Shown here: positions 1 to 10,183 of the stretch, piece by piece
Layout of the letters: every line of letters starts with the position of its first letter
Position numbering within the stretch: position 1 is the stretch's first letter
IMG/VR virus record: IMGVR_UViG_3300032304_001768
Coordinates: 1-64,000 of that record
DNA from: a virus
Strand: one strand, 5' to 3'
DNA length: 64,000 nucleotides
Made by a program: the position numbers and the translations under genes
Notes under the pieces: generated by a model
The model's database searches: none
Seen by the model: the letters and a program-made list of their open reading frames with translations, nothing else
Told to the model about the DNA's origin: nothing

Positions 1-216
1 ACCTCCGTCATTGAACTCAAACATAAATTCACCTTGAGAGTCTTTGTTTTCATAGCATGTTATTAGCAAGCTTGTATTGTTAGGATCAACCATGATAGTC
101 CACTTGCGCGGATCATGATCTCCATAATCTTTGAATATTCGGATTGCTATGAATCCGCTATCTCTTAAACGCTTAAGGAAATATCCGCATGTTGTGATTT
201 TGTTTTTCTGTTTCAT
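1..216 (-). CDS. Hypothetical protein, runs off the window edge (MKQKNKITTCGYFLKRLRDSGF...)
   Basis: ATG at 216 overlaps the TGA of the upstream clamp gene (ATGA); frame is open to position 1. Confidence 0.7.
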   Translation of the reverse strand, partial: MKQKNKITTCGYFLKRLRDSGFIAIRIFKDYGDHDPRKWTIMVDPNNTSLLITCYENKDSQGEFMFEFNDGG

Positions 217-932
217 TTGACAAGGCTCGATAATATATAATTTAGTGTCACATCACCATTAATCAACTTCAAATTACCAATTCCATAGCTTGTATTGATA
301 TTTAATTTGAGGTTTTCTTCGGCAGAGAGTGTGATCATTCTAAGATTGTCTAAATTTAAAATGAAATCGCTCAATTCAAAATCAACTTCATCACCGCTGT
401 AAGCATACATATCGCTATTTGTCAGGGTTTTATCCTGCAACGACCAAGTAACCTTACCATCGACTGTATGGATATACAACTTACCTATTCCAGAGAACAT
501 CGAACTTGTTTTCAACAATCCCTTGAGAAAGGTTTTGGTAAAATCGATATTGATATCATACGATATGCTTTGAATCTTCTCAAGACTTGTTTTTGGCTTT
601 GATAAGATACCTTCATCATACAGATGATATTTGAATTTGATATTACCTCCTCGATATTCGAGATTGTTCTTGTTCAAGATCAATGTGACTTCATTTTCAT
701 TGCCTGCAACTTTCAAAGCATTTCCCAGCTTTGTCAATGAAGGCAAATTCAAAATGGTTTCAATTCCAAACTCTCCTGAAATGCTTCCCCATAAAATAAA
801 ACTGGCATCTTCGCTAACTGCTACTGCATAAGCTTGATCTTCTTTGATATGAAGGATGCAACTATCATTTATTTTAGACAAAGAATCCAACAAATACAAT
901 AAGTTGGCTTTGTTAAATGTAAGTTTAGTCAT
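213..932 (-). CDS. Sliding clamp, T4 gp45-like
   Basis: 239 aa, similar in size to gp45; 'KFKYHLYDEGILSKP' resembles the gp45 interdomain segment; replication-gene context. Confidence 0.7.
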   Translation of the reverse strand: MTKLTFNKANLLYLLDSLSKINDSCILHIKEDQAYAVAVSEDASFILWGSISGEFGIETILNLPSLTKLGNALKVAGNENEVTLILNKNNLEYRGGNIKFKYHLYDEGILSKPKTSLEKIQSISYDINIDFTKTFLKGLLKTSSMFSGIGKLYIHTVDGKVTWSLQDKTLTNSDMYAYSGDEVDFELSDFILNLDNLRMITLSAEENLKLNINTSYGIGNLKLINGDVTLNYILSSLVK

Positions 933-1371
933 CGTCTTTTAGTTTTTCAAAAATATCGACCAATTTGGTCATTTTGTCTGTCAATTCAGATAATAGTTTG
1001 TTCTGCTTTTCAAGCAACGAATTTGTCTTCTGTTGCTCCGATACATTAAAATTGAACTCCATCTGCGGATCATCTTGTGGATACGCTGGTTGAGCAATTA
1101 CATGATGTTGTGGTTGCATCACAGGTTGTGGTAATACTGGGGGCTGAAAATAAATGTGATCTTGTGGAGGGGCAGGAGGGGCATAATGCCCTTGAGCTTG
1201 ACGCAAATCTCGCTCAAGGGCATCTTTAATTCCCGTAGCTATTCCACCATCGACATATCCATTAACCTTTGGCCTAGCATCGTTATAATACATATTATCG
1301 ATTTCTTTGCTTTCCTGAAAGATCGGGCCAGCAAAGTCCAATAGTAATTTTTTGTCTTCTGGTGATAGCAT
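925..1371 (-). CDS. Hypothetical protein, Pro/Gln-rich centre and C-terminal coiled coil
   Basis: 148-aa ORF packed between gp32 and the clamp gene. Confidence 0.7.
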   Translation of the reverse strand: MLSPEDKKLLLDFAGPIFQESKEIDNMYYNDARPKVNGYVDGGIATGIKDALERDLRQAQGHYAPPAPPQDHIYFQPPVLPQPVMQPQHHVIAQPAYPQDDPQMEFNFNVSEQQKTNSLLEKQNKLLSELTDKMTKLVDIFEKLKDDD

Positions 1372-1373
1372 AA

Positions 1374-2285
1374 TTAGTCTTCGTTTAGTTCGCCAAGCAA
1401 TCTATCGATTTCATCATCTGATGTTGGAGTCTCATTCTTATTCGACTGGGCGTCGAAGTCAAAAGGAATGTCATCAGTCAAGTCATCAGAGTCATCAGAC
1501 TTCGCGGAGGAAGCTGCGCTAGATGACCTAGGAGTGGCTGCTGGCTTGTTTGCAGCAACTTCAGGGCTCTTGCCATAGAAATGAATATCAAGAATTTCTT
1601 GAAGTTCATCAAATGTCTTAACCGGGTGGATTTGTTCCAGATCGTGAACGCTTTCATAGACCTTTTCGATTTCATCATCGCTAAGGTTAAGAACAGGCTT
1701 ATTGTAGAAACCTGAAGAAGCGAACGTGGTGTAATCACCACTTGTCTCGGCCTTGATCTTAAGGTTTGCACCATCTGGACCTAGATCGAAAATACGAATA
1801 CCGAACTCGTCAGCACCGTCACCAGTAAGAGCATCATCGATGATCTTCTTGATTTGTGGTCCAACGCGAAGGATCTTAACAGTTCCGTTATTTTCAGGTG
1901 TTGATGGATCATCAATCACATAAACGTTAACGAACCAGTTTTCCTTACGGCTGAGCAGTTTACCAAGTGCCTTTTCGGCTGGGTCTGCGCTCTTGATGAG
2001 CTTCCAAAACGTTTCGGTGATCGGGTCACGCTCACCAAAGGTTTGCAAGGAAAGAGTGGAAATATAACTTCCAGTCGTCTTGCTCTTCCATCCATGTGTG
2101 TAGTGGTGGAAGAAGGTTTTCTCACCGGGATTGTCCAAGTTAGGAATCAATCGGAGGGTGTATGTCTTCCCTGCTGGGAACTTCATAACATTTGCATATG
2201 CATTGCTCTTGTTTCCTTCTGATGACTTGTTGAGGGCATCTTTAATCTTCTCGAACATGCTTGCGTTGAATTTAGGTTTACTCAT
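1374..2285 (-). CDS. Single-stranded DNA-binding protein, gp32-like
   Basis: 'NVYVIDDPSTPENNGTVKI', 'GANLKIK', acidic C-terminal tail. Confidence 0.92.
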   Translation of the reverse strand: MSKPKFNASMFEKIKDALNKSSEGNKSNAYANVMKFPAGKTYTLRLIPNLDNPGEKTFFHHYTHGWKSKTTGSYISTLSLQTFGERDPITETFWKLIKSADPAEKALGKLLSRKENWFVNVYVIDDPSTPENNGTVKILRVGPQIKKIIDDALTGDGADEFGIRIFDLGPDGANLKIKAETSGDYTTFASSGFYNKPVLNLSDDEIEKVYESVHDLEQIHPVKTFDELQEILDIHFYGKSPEVAANKPAATPRSSSAASSAKSDDSDDLTDDIPFDFDAQSNKNETPTSDDEIDRLLGELNED

Positions 2286-2294
2286 AGTTTTGTT

Positions 2295-2942
2295 TTAGTT
2301 TAGTTTAGTTAGTTTAGTTTTTAGTTTTGTTTTTGCTTGTTCTCCGAAGACTTTCATCCTCTTCGAACATTGGTATTTATTCCGAGTCGTTTGAAATGTC
2401 TTCCAAAAATCACCGAAAATAAAATTTAATATGTCAGACTCTACATCAGGTTTTGAGAATGTCAATGCATGTATCGTGTAGAAGTTGATGTGATGCGTTT
2501 TCAAATGGTTGATGTAGGCTGGGAGTGTGCTGTCGCCTTCAACGAAGGAAGAATACTCTTCCAAAGATATATCATGCGACTTGCAGAAGTCCAGAACAAA
2601 TTTCAAACTTTTTTGAAGCCGAATCAAAGAGTCGCTGGAATCAGGATCTTCCGTCTCAACAAATTTCATGTATGTTGAATAGGCTTTAACAGCTTTTAAA
2701 GAATTGTAAAAATCCAAATCCAAATAGGTTTCATCAGTATGAATTTTGAAAGGTGCTTCAAAGAAATCATCCATGTCAATATGCTTGTGCTTTTCAAAAA
2801 AGGCGGCAAGCTTCGACAATGCGATCTGCACATCTTCTGGCAACTTACTAAAATCTTTCTTAAGTGTATAAGGTAGATTATTAGATTTACGAGTCACTAC
2901 AAGATGGGTATTATAAATGCGCTTTTCTAATTCGGATATCAT
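2295..2942 (-). CDS. Putative helicase loader, gp59-like
   Basis: 215 aa, helical, immediately upstream of gp32 as in T4; call rests mostly on synteny and size. Confidence 0.5.
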   Translation of the reverse strand: MISELEKRIYNTHLVVTRKSNNLPYTLKKDFSKLPEDVQIALSKLAAFFEKHKHIDMDDFFEAPFKIHTDETYLDLDFYNSLKAVKAYSTYMKFVETEDPDSSDSLIRLQKSLKFVLDFCKSHDISLEEYSSFVEGDSTLPAYINHLKTHHINFYTIHALTFSKPDVESDILNFIFGDFWKTFQTTRNKYQCSKRMKVFGEQAKTKLKTKLTKLN

Positions 2943-3211
2943 TTTTTCTTTTTCTTGTTGTTGAGATATTTGGTCACGTATTTGCTTTTGGATATGCTGG
3001 GATCGAAATCCAAGAACACTCTAACAATCTCAAAGTCGGTGTCAATGCACAAAATGCTTTTCAGGAAGTTTTTCATTTTTTCATTTTGCAATGTATAAAC
3101 AAAAACATTCTGAACTGACATCTTCTTACCTTGCAAGTTCATTACAAACGTGCAATAGCACATGAATAAATGGGATTGCTCTGTTTCCTCAATGTCATTA
3201 GATGGGTCCAT
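2939..3211 (-). CDS. Hypothetical protein
   Basis: 90-aa ORF with ATGA coupling to the next gene. Confidence 0.65.
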   Translation of the reverse strand: MDPSNDIEETEQSHLFMCYCTFVMNLQGKKMSVQNVFVYTLQNEKMKNFLKSILCIDTDFEIVRVFLDFDPSISKSKYVTKYLNNKKKKK

Positions 3212-3212
3212 A

Positions 3213-4064
3213 TTAATGTTCAGAAAGGGTTTGAGTGAATTCTAGGAATTTTTGAGTGATCTTTCCGCCTGCTGCGTGTTCACTTCCCCCACCATTGCAA
3301 ATGTTTTCGGCCATGAATTTAATATTGGCTGGAGAATCTTTTTTCTTTCTGAAAGAAACATACTGAGTAGATGGATTCACTACAATAGCAACGTCGGCAT
3401 TGTAGTTTTCTAAGAGTGTGGATGCAATTTCGTTGGCGCTGAATGTTGAAAACGTTGCGATGACATTCAAATCTTTGTAAGATCCAGAGAACAAACTTAG
3501 ATTTTCCATTTCTGCATTCAATTCTTTATAAAATGATCCAGCTAGTTTCAATTCAGCTTCTGTGAATTGATTTACCCCTCCCCAAAAACGATTGACAAAG
3601 TTGTAAAACTTACGGCTTCCGCTTTTTCTAAACAAACCGTTCAAGATTTTAGCTTCTTTAGTTTTCAATTCATAGCTATTGTAATCATTTATGTATGCGA
3701 TGAACTTTTTAACTTCCGAAGGAAAGTCGAATTTAGATTTGAATATTTTATAGATCATTTTCGAACAGGACGTAGAATCTTCGCTAATCAACTTGGATTC
3801 TACTGTCGTCAATTCTTCTTTTTTGTCTGAAATGAAGACCAATTTTTTATCGTCAGTCTTGTTGATCAAGCTCTGTTCCAACGGAATTCCGACTACAAAG
3901 ATTTTATCATAGTTGTTTCTATTTTCATCATACCAATCTGGAAATTTTTGCATGAAATCTCCGAAGAATATTGATTCATATTCGAAGTTTTGAAACACGT
4001 TGCCCAGCAAAATAGCGGAGCCTACTCCATCCAAATCATTATTGGTCCATAGAAATACTTTCAT
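3213..4064 (-). CDS. DHH/DHHA1 phosphoesterase-fold protein with degenerate active site
   Basis: N-terminal 'NDLDG' (DxDG) and C-terminal 'SFR...GGGSEHAAGG'; the DHH motif position reads 'SDKK'. Confidence 0.8.
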   Translation of the reverse strand: MKVFLWTNNDLDGVGSAILLGNVFQNFEYESIFFGDFMQKFPDWYDENRNNYDKIFVVGIPLEQSLINKTDDKKLVFISDKKEELTTVESKLISEDSTSCSKMIYKIFKSKFDFPSEVKKFIAYINDYNSYELKTKEAKILNGLFRKSGSRKFYNFVNRFWGGVNQFTEAELKLAGSFYKELNAEMENLSLFSGSYKDLNVIATFSTFSANEIASTLLENYNADVAIVVNPSTQYVSFRKKKDSPANIKFMAENICNGGGSEHAAGGKITQKFLEFTQTLSEH

Positions 4065-4077
4065 TTACATAACTACA

Positions 4078-5394
4078 TCATTTTGCGAATTTTTCAAGTA
4101 AAGAAATCTCTTCTTCGTTCATAAATTCCTCTTCTTCACTGGATTGTGTGATTGTCAATGTGGTGTAATCGATATTCATAGGCTGAATACCTCCTCTAGG
4201 TCCAAAGCGATTCTTCATCATACCCAATCGAATCAAATTAAGCTCTTGATCTTCTTCATTTTGGAAGATTGAAAGAATAACATCCGCAGTCGCAGCCAAT
4301 CCGATAGATTCAGACAAACCTTCCATACCGGGATTGTTTGTATTGTATGCCGAACGGTTCAACTGAGTTGCTGAAATGATCGGACATTTGAAAATGTAGC
4401 TCATGGCCCGCACTTGCTCACAGATGTATTTCACACGCTCGTAGGAGTTGCTTCCCACAGTCGAGTGCAGTAGATTGACGTAATCGATTACAATGGCATC
4501 TACGTTCTCTCCTGAGTCTTTGAAACGCTGGATGAATGAAGTGAGTTGCTTAGGAGTGATCGTGCTTGGTGGGAACTCCTTGATGAAGATTTTACTATCA
4601 GGATATTGTTTGCTTTCCTGCTTAACAGAGAATCGAAGTGATTCGACTGCTGTATCAAACTCCTTCAATGGAATTTTAGTGATGTTTGAGCATATACGTT
4701 TAGCATACAGCATTTCACTCATTTCAAGGGAGATCACCAATACGGACTTGCCTTGTTTTGCGATACTAGCTGCTACATTACCAAGGAAAATACTCTTTCC
4801 GATGTTTGATTGTCCAGCAAAAATATACAATCCTTTACCGTCTCGTCTAAATCCGCCATTGATTAGATCATCTAACCATGGCCAGCCAGAAGAAATGTAA
4901 GCATCGACGTTGAGAATATCATCTGCAATCTGATCGATGTTTGAAAATATCTCCAACCCTTTATCTGTAATCAAATTGATGTTACAAGATGATTCGAATT
5001 GATCTAAGATGTTGGAAGTGTCAATATTACCTTCTGATACTTCTTGAGCAACTTTCAACAGAGTGTGATAAACACTCTTCTCCTTGAGAAACGATTCAGT
5101 ATTTGAATACAGTTCATCCTTATTGAGATTGCTGTCCAATTCCTTGAATGACGACACTAGATTTTTAAATCCGTTTCGAAGATTGTCATCAGTCAAATAT
5201 GCCTTGACTTCGGTTAAGGATGGCAATGATTGATGCTTATCGTAATATGTTTGGACGATTTCGAAATATTTCGCAATACGTTTGTCTGTGAAATAATCAG
5301 GTTTAACATAATCTGCAATAGCAGTCAAATAGGATGAGTCAATCAGCGATTGACGCACCAGAATTTTTTCAAAATAGTCAAGATCAAGATTCAT
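4078..5394 (-). CDS. Replicative DnaB-like helicase, gp41-like
   Basis: Walker A 'GQSNIGKS', 'SLEMSE', 'IKEFPP', 'IDYVNL', 'SATQLNR', 'KNRFG'. Confidence 0.95.
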   Translation of the reverse strand: MNLDLDYFEKILVRQSLIDSSYLTAIADYVKPDYFTDKRIAKYFEIVQTYYDKHQSLPSLTEVKAYLTDDNLRNGFKNLVSSFKELDSNLNKDELYSNTESFLKEKSVYHTLLKVAQEVSEGNIDTSNILDQFESSCNINLITDKGLEIFSNIDQIADDILNVDAYISSGWPWLDDLINGGFRRDGKGLYIFAGQSNIGKSIFLGNVAASIAKQGKSVLVISLEMSEMLYAKRICSNITKIPLKEFDTAVESLRFSVKQESKQYPDSKIFIKEFPPSTITPKQLTSFIQRFKDSGENVDAIVIDYVNLLHSTVGSNSYERVKYICEQVRAMSYIFKCPIISATQLNRSAYNTNNPGMEGLSESIGLAATADVILSIFQNEEDQELNLIRLGMMKNRFGPRGGIQPMNIDYTTLTITQSSEEEEFMNEEEISLLEKFAK

Positions 5395-6034
5395 ATTTGT
5401 TTAAAAACCAACGTTCTCCAGCCTTCCAATCTTCTGTAAATTCTCGCAATCCGGGAGAACTGTGTGTGATTAGAATGTCTCCTACGCCAACTCGGAGGCC
5501 CATCTTATGGCAATTCAAAGAAAAGTCAAGGTCGTAACAGTGGAATCCAGCAGGATTGCTTTCGTCAAACGATGCTTTTTCAATGGCAGCACGATTCAAA
5601 GCCATAAAAACACCATCAATCATAACCGCTCGATTTGGATATTTTCCAAACGATGTCATCCATTTAGCATTTTCGTCACCATGAGCAACTGCACCGTGTA
5701 GATGTCCCTGTCCCATAATATGCCAGAGTGCAGGCGATTGCATGTTTACATTTGATGCTCCTGCAACTCCAACCACATCAAATTGGTCAAACAGTCGGAT
5801 CAGCTTTGGTATTGGATCGTGTTCGAAAATAATATCATCATGAACCAAAATAAGAGCATCGTGGTTGTTTGCCTTGGCTCGATTGATCGCCACATTGTAA
5901 ACTGATGCCAATGAATTTTTATTATTCATAAATGGCATTGTTTCGATACTTACTGGCGCTGACTTAAATGTTGTCGTTTCAGCAGGACTTGTTTTTTGAC
6001 TTGCGAATGCGATTAGCGGGTTGGAAATATTCAC
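5384..6034 (-). CDS. GT-A fold glycosyltransferase-like protein
   Basis: 'LVHDDI', 'VGVAG', 'IDGVFMA', 'FHCYDLDFSL' motifs. Confidence 0.8.
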   Translation of the reverse strand: MNISNPLIAFASQKTSPAETTTFKSAPVSIETMPFMNNKNSLASVYNVAINRAKANNHDALILVHDDIIFEHDPIPKLIRLFDQFDVVGVAGASNVNMQSPALWHIMGQGHLHGAVAHGDENAKWMTSFGKYPNRAVMIDGVFMALNRAAIEKASFDESNPAGFHCYDLDFSLNCHKMGLRVGVGDILITHSSPGLREFTEDWKAGERWFLNKYES

Positions 6035-6040
6035 AAACCC

Positions 6041-6068
6041 GTTCTACACCAGCCATTTAATTTGTCAA
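6041..6068 (-). promoter_or_regulatory. Sigma70-type promoter driving the GT-helicase operon
   Basis: TTGACA-N16-TAGAAC, ending 6 nt before the GTG start at 6034. Confidence 0.65.
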
Positions 6069-6084
6069 ATGATTAAATACTGAC

Positions 6085-7875
6085 ATGACCAATTTCGGAT
6101 TTGATTATTTCCTAGAATGCGCAGAACTCATTGAAGAAGCTAGAGAAGCTTCCCTTTTTGGAGTGGGCACACCAGCGTCTAAAAGACAGGGTGAATTAAC
6201 AAATGAACTTTATAAAATGTTTGCTACTAGAAAGACCAAGCAAAATATCGCTAAATTTGTAAAGCGTAGGCTTCTTTCAGTATTGAACGATGAGTTTAAT
6301 TACTTTTACATTTCAAAGAACGATATTTACAATGGTATCGATTATATTTTACAAAAACAAGGTTCAACATACGAAATTCCAAGAGATGGAAGTGTTGAAA
6401 CTTATCAAGATCTGGTTACTGATTATGAAGAATCTGAATCTGGCGTTCCCTTCGAAGACGTTAAAGAGATTGAGGATGATCAAGGACATGTAATTCGTTC
6501 AACTGTTCCAATGATTCGTTATGCTATAGATCTATTGGACGAATTAGCAGGAACCGATTCAGATAGACACGTATTGTCTAATTTGGCGTTGGTTAAATTT
6601 CTTTCTGGCGAGAGCAACATCAAGCTTCTTCGATACATTAGCGGTGGAACTGCTGACAAACACAACAACAAAGCGATTTCGGTCGCTATGGATAATGAAA
6701 ATTTCAAAAATTTAGCATCCAGCCAAGAAGGTAAAATGGCAGTTGATGATCTTTCCGCTCAAGATGTGTATGATTACATTCTTTCCGTTGAAGAAAGCGG
6801 CGCTGCTACATCTCTTGATGTTGCGAATGCAAGAAAAACTGAAATCACAGGTCTTGAAAATCAAGATTGGACTGCATCCGAAGATGTTTTAAGCCGATTC
6901 AGACAGCTAAAAGATAAAGTTGCAAGGCACAACATGTCAACTTCAAAGGGTGGTGCTGGTCAAACATTTACCGCTGATACTGATCTTTCTATCGGTTTCA
7001 TTGGTTTTGCGTTGGCTGCATTGTCGGTCATGCAAGTGGGTCTTCGTTCATATTACAACAAGGCGGATCGCGAAAAAACCAGTGGTTCGACTGACCCATC
7101 AATCAATTCTGGTAAGTTGGATGTTGACTACGGTGATGAAACTGTATCAATTCCAACTTCAATAGTGAGAGAAGTGCCTATGCAAATTATCAATAGAACT
7201 ATTGAGCAATTTGATAAACTTCAAAATACTGCTGATGGTTCAACTGCATCTCCAGAAGTATTTGAAAAGGCTATCCCTACCCTCAAGGCAAATAATCAAA
7301 ATCAAACTGCGAAGCTATTGGAAACTATTCTTACAGCATTCAGAGAATTGCACCCAAGTTCTGAACGCTCTGTTGAAACGATCTTCCCGAAAAATGCTAT
7401 TGATGAATTCTTCCCAACTCCAGAATTGAAAAGAGAGTTCTTAAAGATCGCAAATGCTCGTCAAAAAATTGACGATGCTAATGCTATCGCTCTTTTCAGT
7501 AAGAAAATGGCAGAAGTTGAAAGAATGATCAAAGCAATGCCAGATTTCGTTCCCCCAGCGCAGCCTGAAAAATCAGACAATCCACAGATTCAAAAATTCT
7601 TGACTCTGAAGTTTGATTATCAGAAAAAGATTGAACAAAATCCAAACAGTCCATTGAAAACTGCATGGGAACAACAATTAAATATTGTTAATAAGAAATT
7701 GCAAGATCTTCAAGCCTTAGAAACACCTGCACCCGAAGAAGATGACGAAGGAGCTTTTGGTTACATGACGGAACAAGTCAAAAAAGACCGCTATGTAAAT
7801 CCAACTGGAGACTACGTGGATAGAGGTTATAAAAAGCCAATCAATCTTTGGCATTGGAGTCAAATAAATAAATAA
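6085..7875 (+). CDS. Hypothetical late protein, 596 aa, possibly virion-internal
   Basis: Long ORF; TAAATA at 6074-6079; N-terminus 'FDYFLECAELIEE' resembles a capsid-targeting leader. Confidence 0.8.
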   Translation: MTNFGFDYFLECAELIEEAREASLFGVGTPASKRQGELTNELYKMFATRKTKQNIAKFVKRRLLSVLNDEFNYFYISKNDIYNGIDYILQKQGSTYEIPRDGSVETYQDLVTDYEESESGVPFEDVKEIEDDQGHVIRSTVPMIRYAIDLLDELAGTDSDRHVLSNLALVKFLSGESNIKLLRYISGGTADKHNNKAISVAMDNENFKNLASSQEGKMAVDDLSAQDVYDYILSVEESGAATSLDVANARKTEITGLENQDWTASEDVLSRFRQLKDKVARHNMSTSKGGAGQTFTADTDLSIGFIGFALAALSVMQVGLRSYYNKADREKTSGSTDPSINSGKLDVDYGDETVSIPTSIVREVPMQIINRTIEQFDKLQNTADGSTASPEVFEKAIPTLKANNQNQTAKLLETILTAFRELHPSSERSVETIFPKNAIDEFFPTPELKREFLKIANARQKIDDANAIALFSKKMAEVERMIKAMPDFVPPAQPEKSDNPQIQKFLTLKFDYQKKIEQNPNSPLKTAWEQQLNIVNKKLQDLQALETPAPEEDDEGAFGYMTEQVKKDRYVNPTGDYVDRGYKKPINLWHWSQINK

Positions 7876-7910
7876 AAAAAGGCGGCAGGTTTTTCCTGCC
7901 GCCTTTTTTA
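7874..7910. terminator. Bidirectional rho-independent terminator
   Basis: A-run, GGCGGCAGG/CCTGCCGCC hairpin, T-run, between convergent genes. Confidence 0.92.
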
Positions 7911-9083
7911 TTATTCTTCTTCGTATGGTATCTCTTCTTCAAGAGGTGAAATATCATCTTCATCCTCCGGTATTTCCTCGCTGTCTATTTTATTGCCATA
8001 CGACCATTCTGCTTTCAAACGAGATTCAAGTTCTGGTAGCAAACGCTCCCAAAGTTCAGCGTCCTTTCGCCATGTCTTGTAAAATCCAAGCTTGGTGCCT
8101 TCCCAATCGGAATATGTAGCGCCATTTGCAACAACCACGCCCATCTCCTTCATGATATCAAGAAGACCGTAATACTTATCAAGTCCAGTTGCGAAGGAGA
8201 GATACATCTCCCCTTCCAAATATTGCTTGATAAAGCGGTTTTTCACAGTCAACGCTCTGATGATAACACCTGAATAGCTCTTTTGAGCAGCTGCTTTTGT
8301 GTTATCCACAGTCTTACCATCATCATCCTTCATTGGCTTACGCGCAAGTTGAACAGTAACCGATGGAAGATACACAGCAGCCTTGCCTCCTGAGATATTC
8401 TTCTCCAGTGTTGGATACATTTGGCTAGGATCTTCATAAACATGATTAGTAAGAAGAATCGGAGTCTTGGTGAGAGTTGACATGTTGGTGCATGTTTTCA
8501 ATAGACTCTTGATACTCTTAGCAAATGTTCCCATGTCGCTTGAAGTGCTTTCCTTATCCATTCGATTAAGCTCCAACTCACTTTGAAGGTTTGCTAGAGA
8601 GTCAATTGCAATGATGAACTTACCTTCCATACCATTTTCCTTGACCTTCTTAAGAAGATTGTAGATGTGGTTACGGGTATTTTCAGCTGTTTGCACAGTA
8701 AAATACTTAACTCGGCTTACATCAAGACCCATTGCTTCAGCACCTTCAGCGTCAATAGCACCTTCAGTGTCGTAAATCACAACTTGCATGCCCTTTTTCT
8801 GAGCATTTGCAAGTATCTTAAGAATAAATCCAGTCTTGAATGTTTGGCTAGGTCCAGCGAATTGAACAACTCGACCTCTAGGAACGCCACCATACAACGA
8901 TCCAGAAATCAACGCATTCAAAACCATTGATCCTGTATCAATCCAATCATCAACTCCAGTCAGCTTGTTCTCACTAAGATAAGCTGAGTATGGAGCGATT
9001 TCATCAACGCTATCAAAAATAGCTTCGATTTGTTTTTGTTTATCATCTTTCGACATATTATTTTCGTTATTGTTTTTTGCCAT
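7911..9083 (-). CDS. uvsX: RecA-like recombinase
   Basis: 'IDTGSMVLNALISG', P-loop 'GPSQTFKT', 'YDTEGA', 'IDSL', 'SGGKA'. Confidence 0.95.
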   Translation of the reverse strand: MAKNNNENNMSKDDKQKQIEAIFDSVDEIAPYSAYLSENKLTGVDDWIDTGSMVLNALISGSLYGGVPRGRVVQFAGPSQTFKTGFILKILANAQKKGMQVVIYDTEGAIDAEGAEAMGLDVSRVKYFTVQTAENTRNHIYNLLKKVKENGMEGKFIIAIDSLANLQSELELNRMDKESTSSDMGTFAKSIKSLLKTCTNMSTLTKTPILLTNHVYEDPSQMYPTLEKNISGGKAAVYLPSVTVQLARKPMKDDDGKTVDNTKAAAQKSYSGVIIRALTVKNRFIKQYLEGEMYLSFATGLDKYYGLLDIMKEMGVVVANGATYSDWEGTKLGFYKTWRKDAELWERLLPELESRLKAEWSYGNKIDSEEIPEDEDDISPLEEEIPYEEE

Positions 9084-9801
9084 ATTTTTTTGTTTCTTTA
9101 CGTTTAGCTTTTCTCATTTTCTCTTTAGATTCTTCTGAATGTTTTCTTCCTAGAAAAGATTTTCCCATATTTTTCTTTGCTTCTTCGGATTTAGGTTTTC
9201 TCATTTTCTCTTTAGATTCTTCTGAATGTTTTCTACCCAGCCGAGTTTTTCGCATTTTTTGTTTAGTTTCATCGGAGTGTGGTTTTCCTTTTCGGTTAGA
9301 ATTTCCTAATCTACTTTTACTCATTTTCTCTTTAGATTCTTCTGAATGTTTTCTACCTAATCGAGATTGTCTTGATTTTTCTATTGTCTCTTTAGATCGT
9401 ATCTTTCCTCTATTCGATAATCCTATTTTAATTTTAGTCTCTTCTGAGCATGGAATACCTGTATTATCCGTAGAGAATTTACATCTATTATAACCTTTTT
9501 CTGAGTTAGTAGAATCAAACAACTCGATATAAAACGCTTCTCTCTCAAGAAGAGAAGCGTTATCTTTGATTTTATCAAAATCTTTCACAGTTTCTAAAAT
9601 TTCAACTGTGAAAGATTCCCACCCATATTTCAATAATGCGTATTGAAAATAAAACATACCTTTAGATTGTCTTTTAACATTTTTATGGTTGTTAATTCGA
9701 TTTCTAAGGTTGATTGCTTTACCTATATAAATTTTATTGTTATTTTTACAAGTTATTTTGTAGATGCCAGCGTCGGTTGGATATTCAGAATAGTTTCCCA
9801 T
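9067..9801 (-). CDS. GIY-YIG homing endonuclease with NUMOD3 repeats (Seg-like)
   Basis: 'GIYKIT...IYIGKA', 'GYN', repeated 'GRKHSEESKEKM'. Confidence 0.93.
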   Translation of the reverse strand: MGNYSEYPTDAGIYKITCKNNNKIYIGKAINLRNRINNHKNVKRQSKGMFYFQYALLKYGWESFTVEILETVKDFDKIKDNASLLEREAFYIELFDSTNSEKGYNRCKFSTDNTGIPCSEETKIKIGLSNRGKIRSKETIEKSRQSRLGRKHSEESKEKMSKSRLGNSNRKGKPHSDETKQKMRKTRLGRKHSEESKEKMRKPKSEEAKKNMGKSFLGRKHSEESKEKMRKAKRKETKKYGKKQ

Positions 9802-9813
9802 TCATATATTTAA

Positions 9814-10164
9814 TCAATCAAGGTCGTTTATAGAGATAACTTTAGGATTAGAGGAGACAGCAACTGGAGCAGGAGGAGTATTGATTTTGCCGTATTGCTC
9901 CACAACACGATCATCAAGATCGACATCACTCAACACGATAGTAGACTTGGAATAAGTCCAAATATTGGTATTTCTGGAGTCTTTGTTGATAAACTCAAAG
10001 AAGAAAATAGGAAATGCTTGGACCTGAAATTGACCAGTTTGGTCAGGAGTCACAATAAACATGACAGGATTGTTGACTACTAAGGTAGTATCAGTTTCTG
10101 ATACCTTATCAGCTATGATAGTTCGACCGATTTGGTCTTGGAATACGATTGGCTTTTGTTTCAT
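9814..10164 (-). CDS. Hypothetical protein
   Basis: 116-aa beta-rich ORF within the operon. Confidence 0.7.
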   Translation of the reverse strand: MKQKPIVFQDQIGRTIIADKVSETDTTLVVNNPVMFIVTPDQTGQFQVQAFPIFFFEFINKDSRNTNIWTYSKSTIVLSDVDLDDRVVEQYGKINTPPAPVAVSSNPKVISINDLD

Positions 10165-10183
10165 ACAAATACAATTTACACTA

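Noticed and set aside
2286-2335. TTAGT/TTTTG short tandem repeats
   Set aside because: Low-complexity Lys/Leu/Thr-coding end of the gp59-like gene and A-rich leader of gp32; no independent evidence of function.
9090-9370. Near-identical direct DNA repeats (TTTTCTCTTTAGATTCTTCTGAATGTTTTCT) as a possible CRISPR array
   Set aside because: They are in-frame NUMOD3 peptide repeats of the GIY-YIG gene, with irregular spacing and no cas genes.
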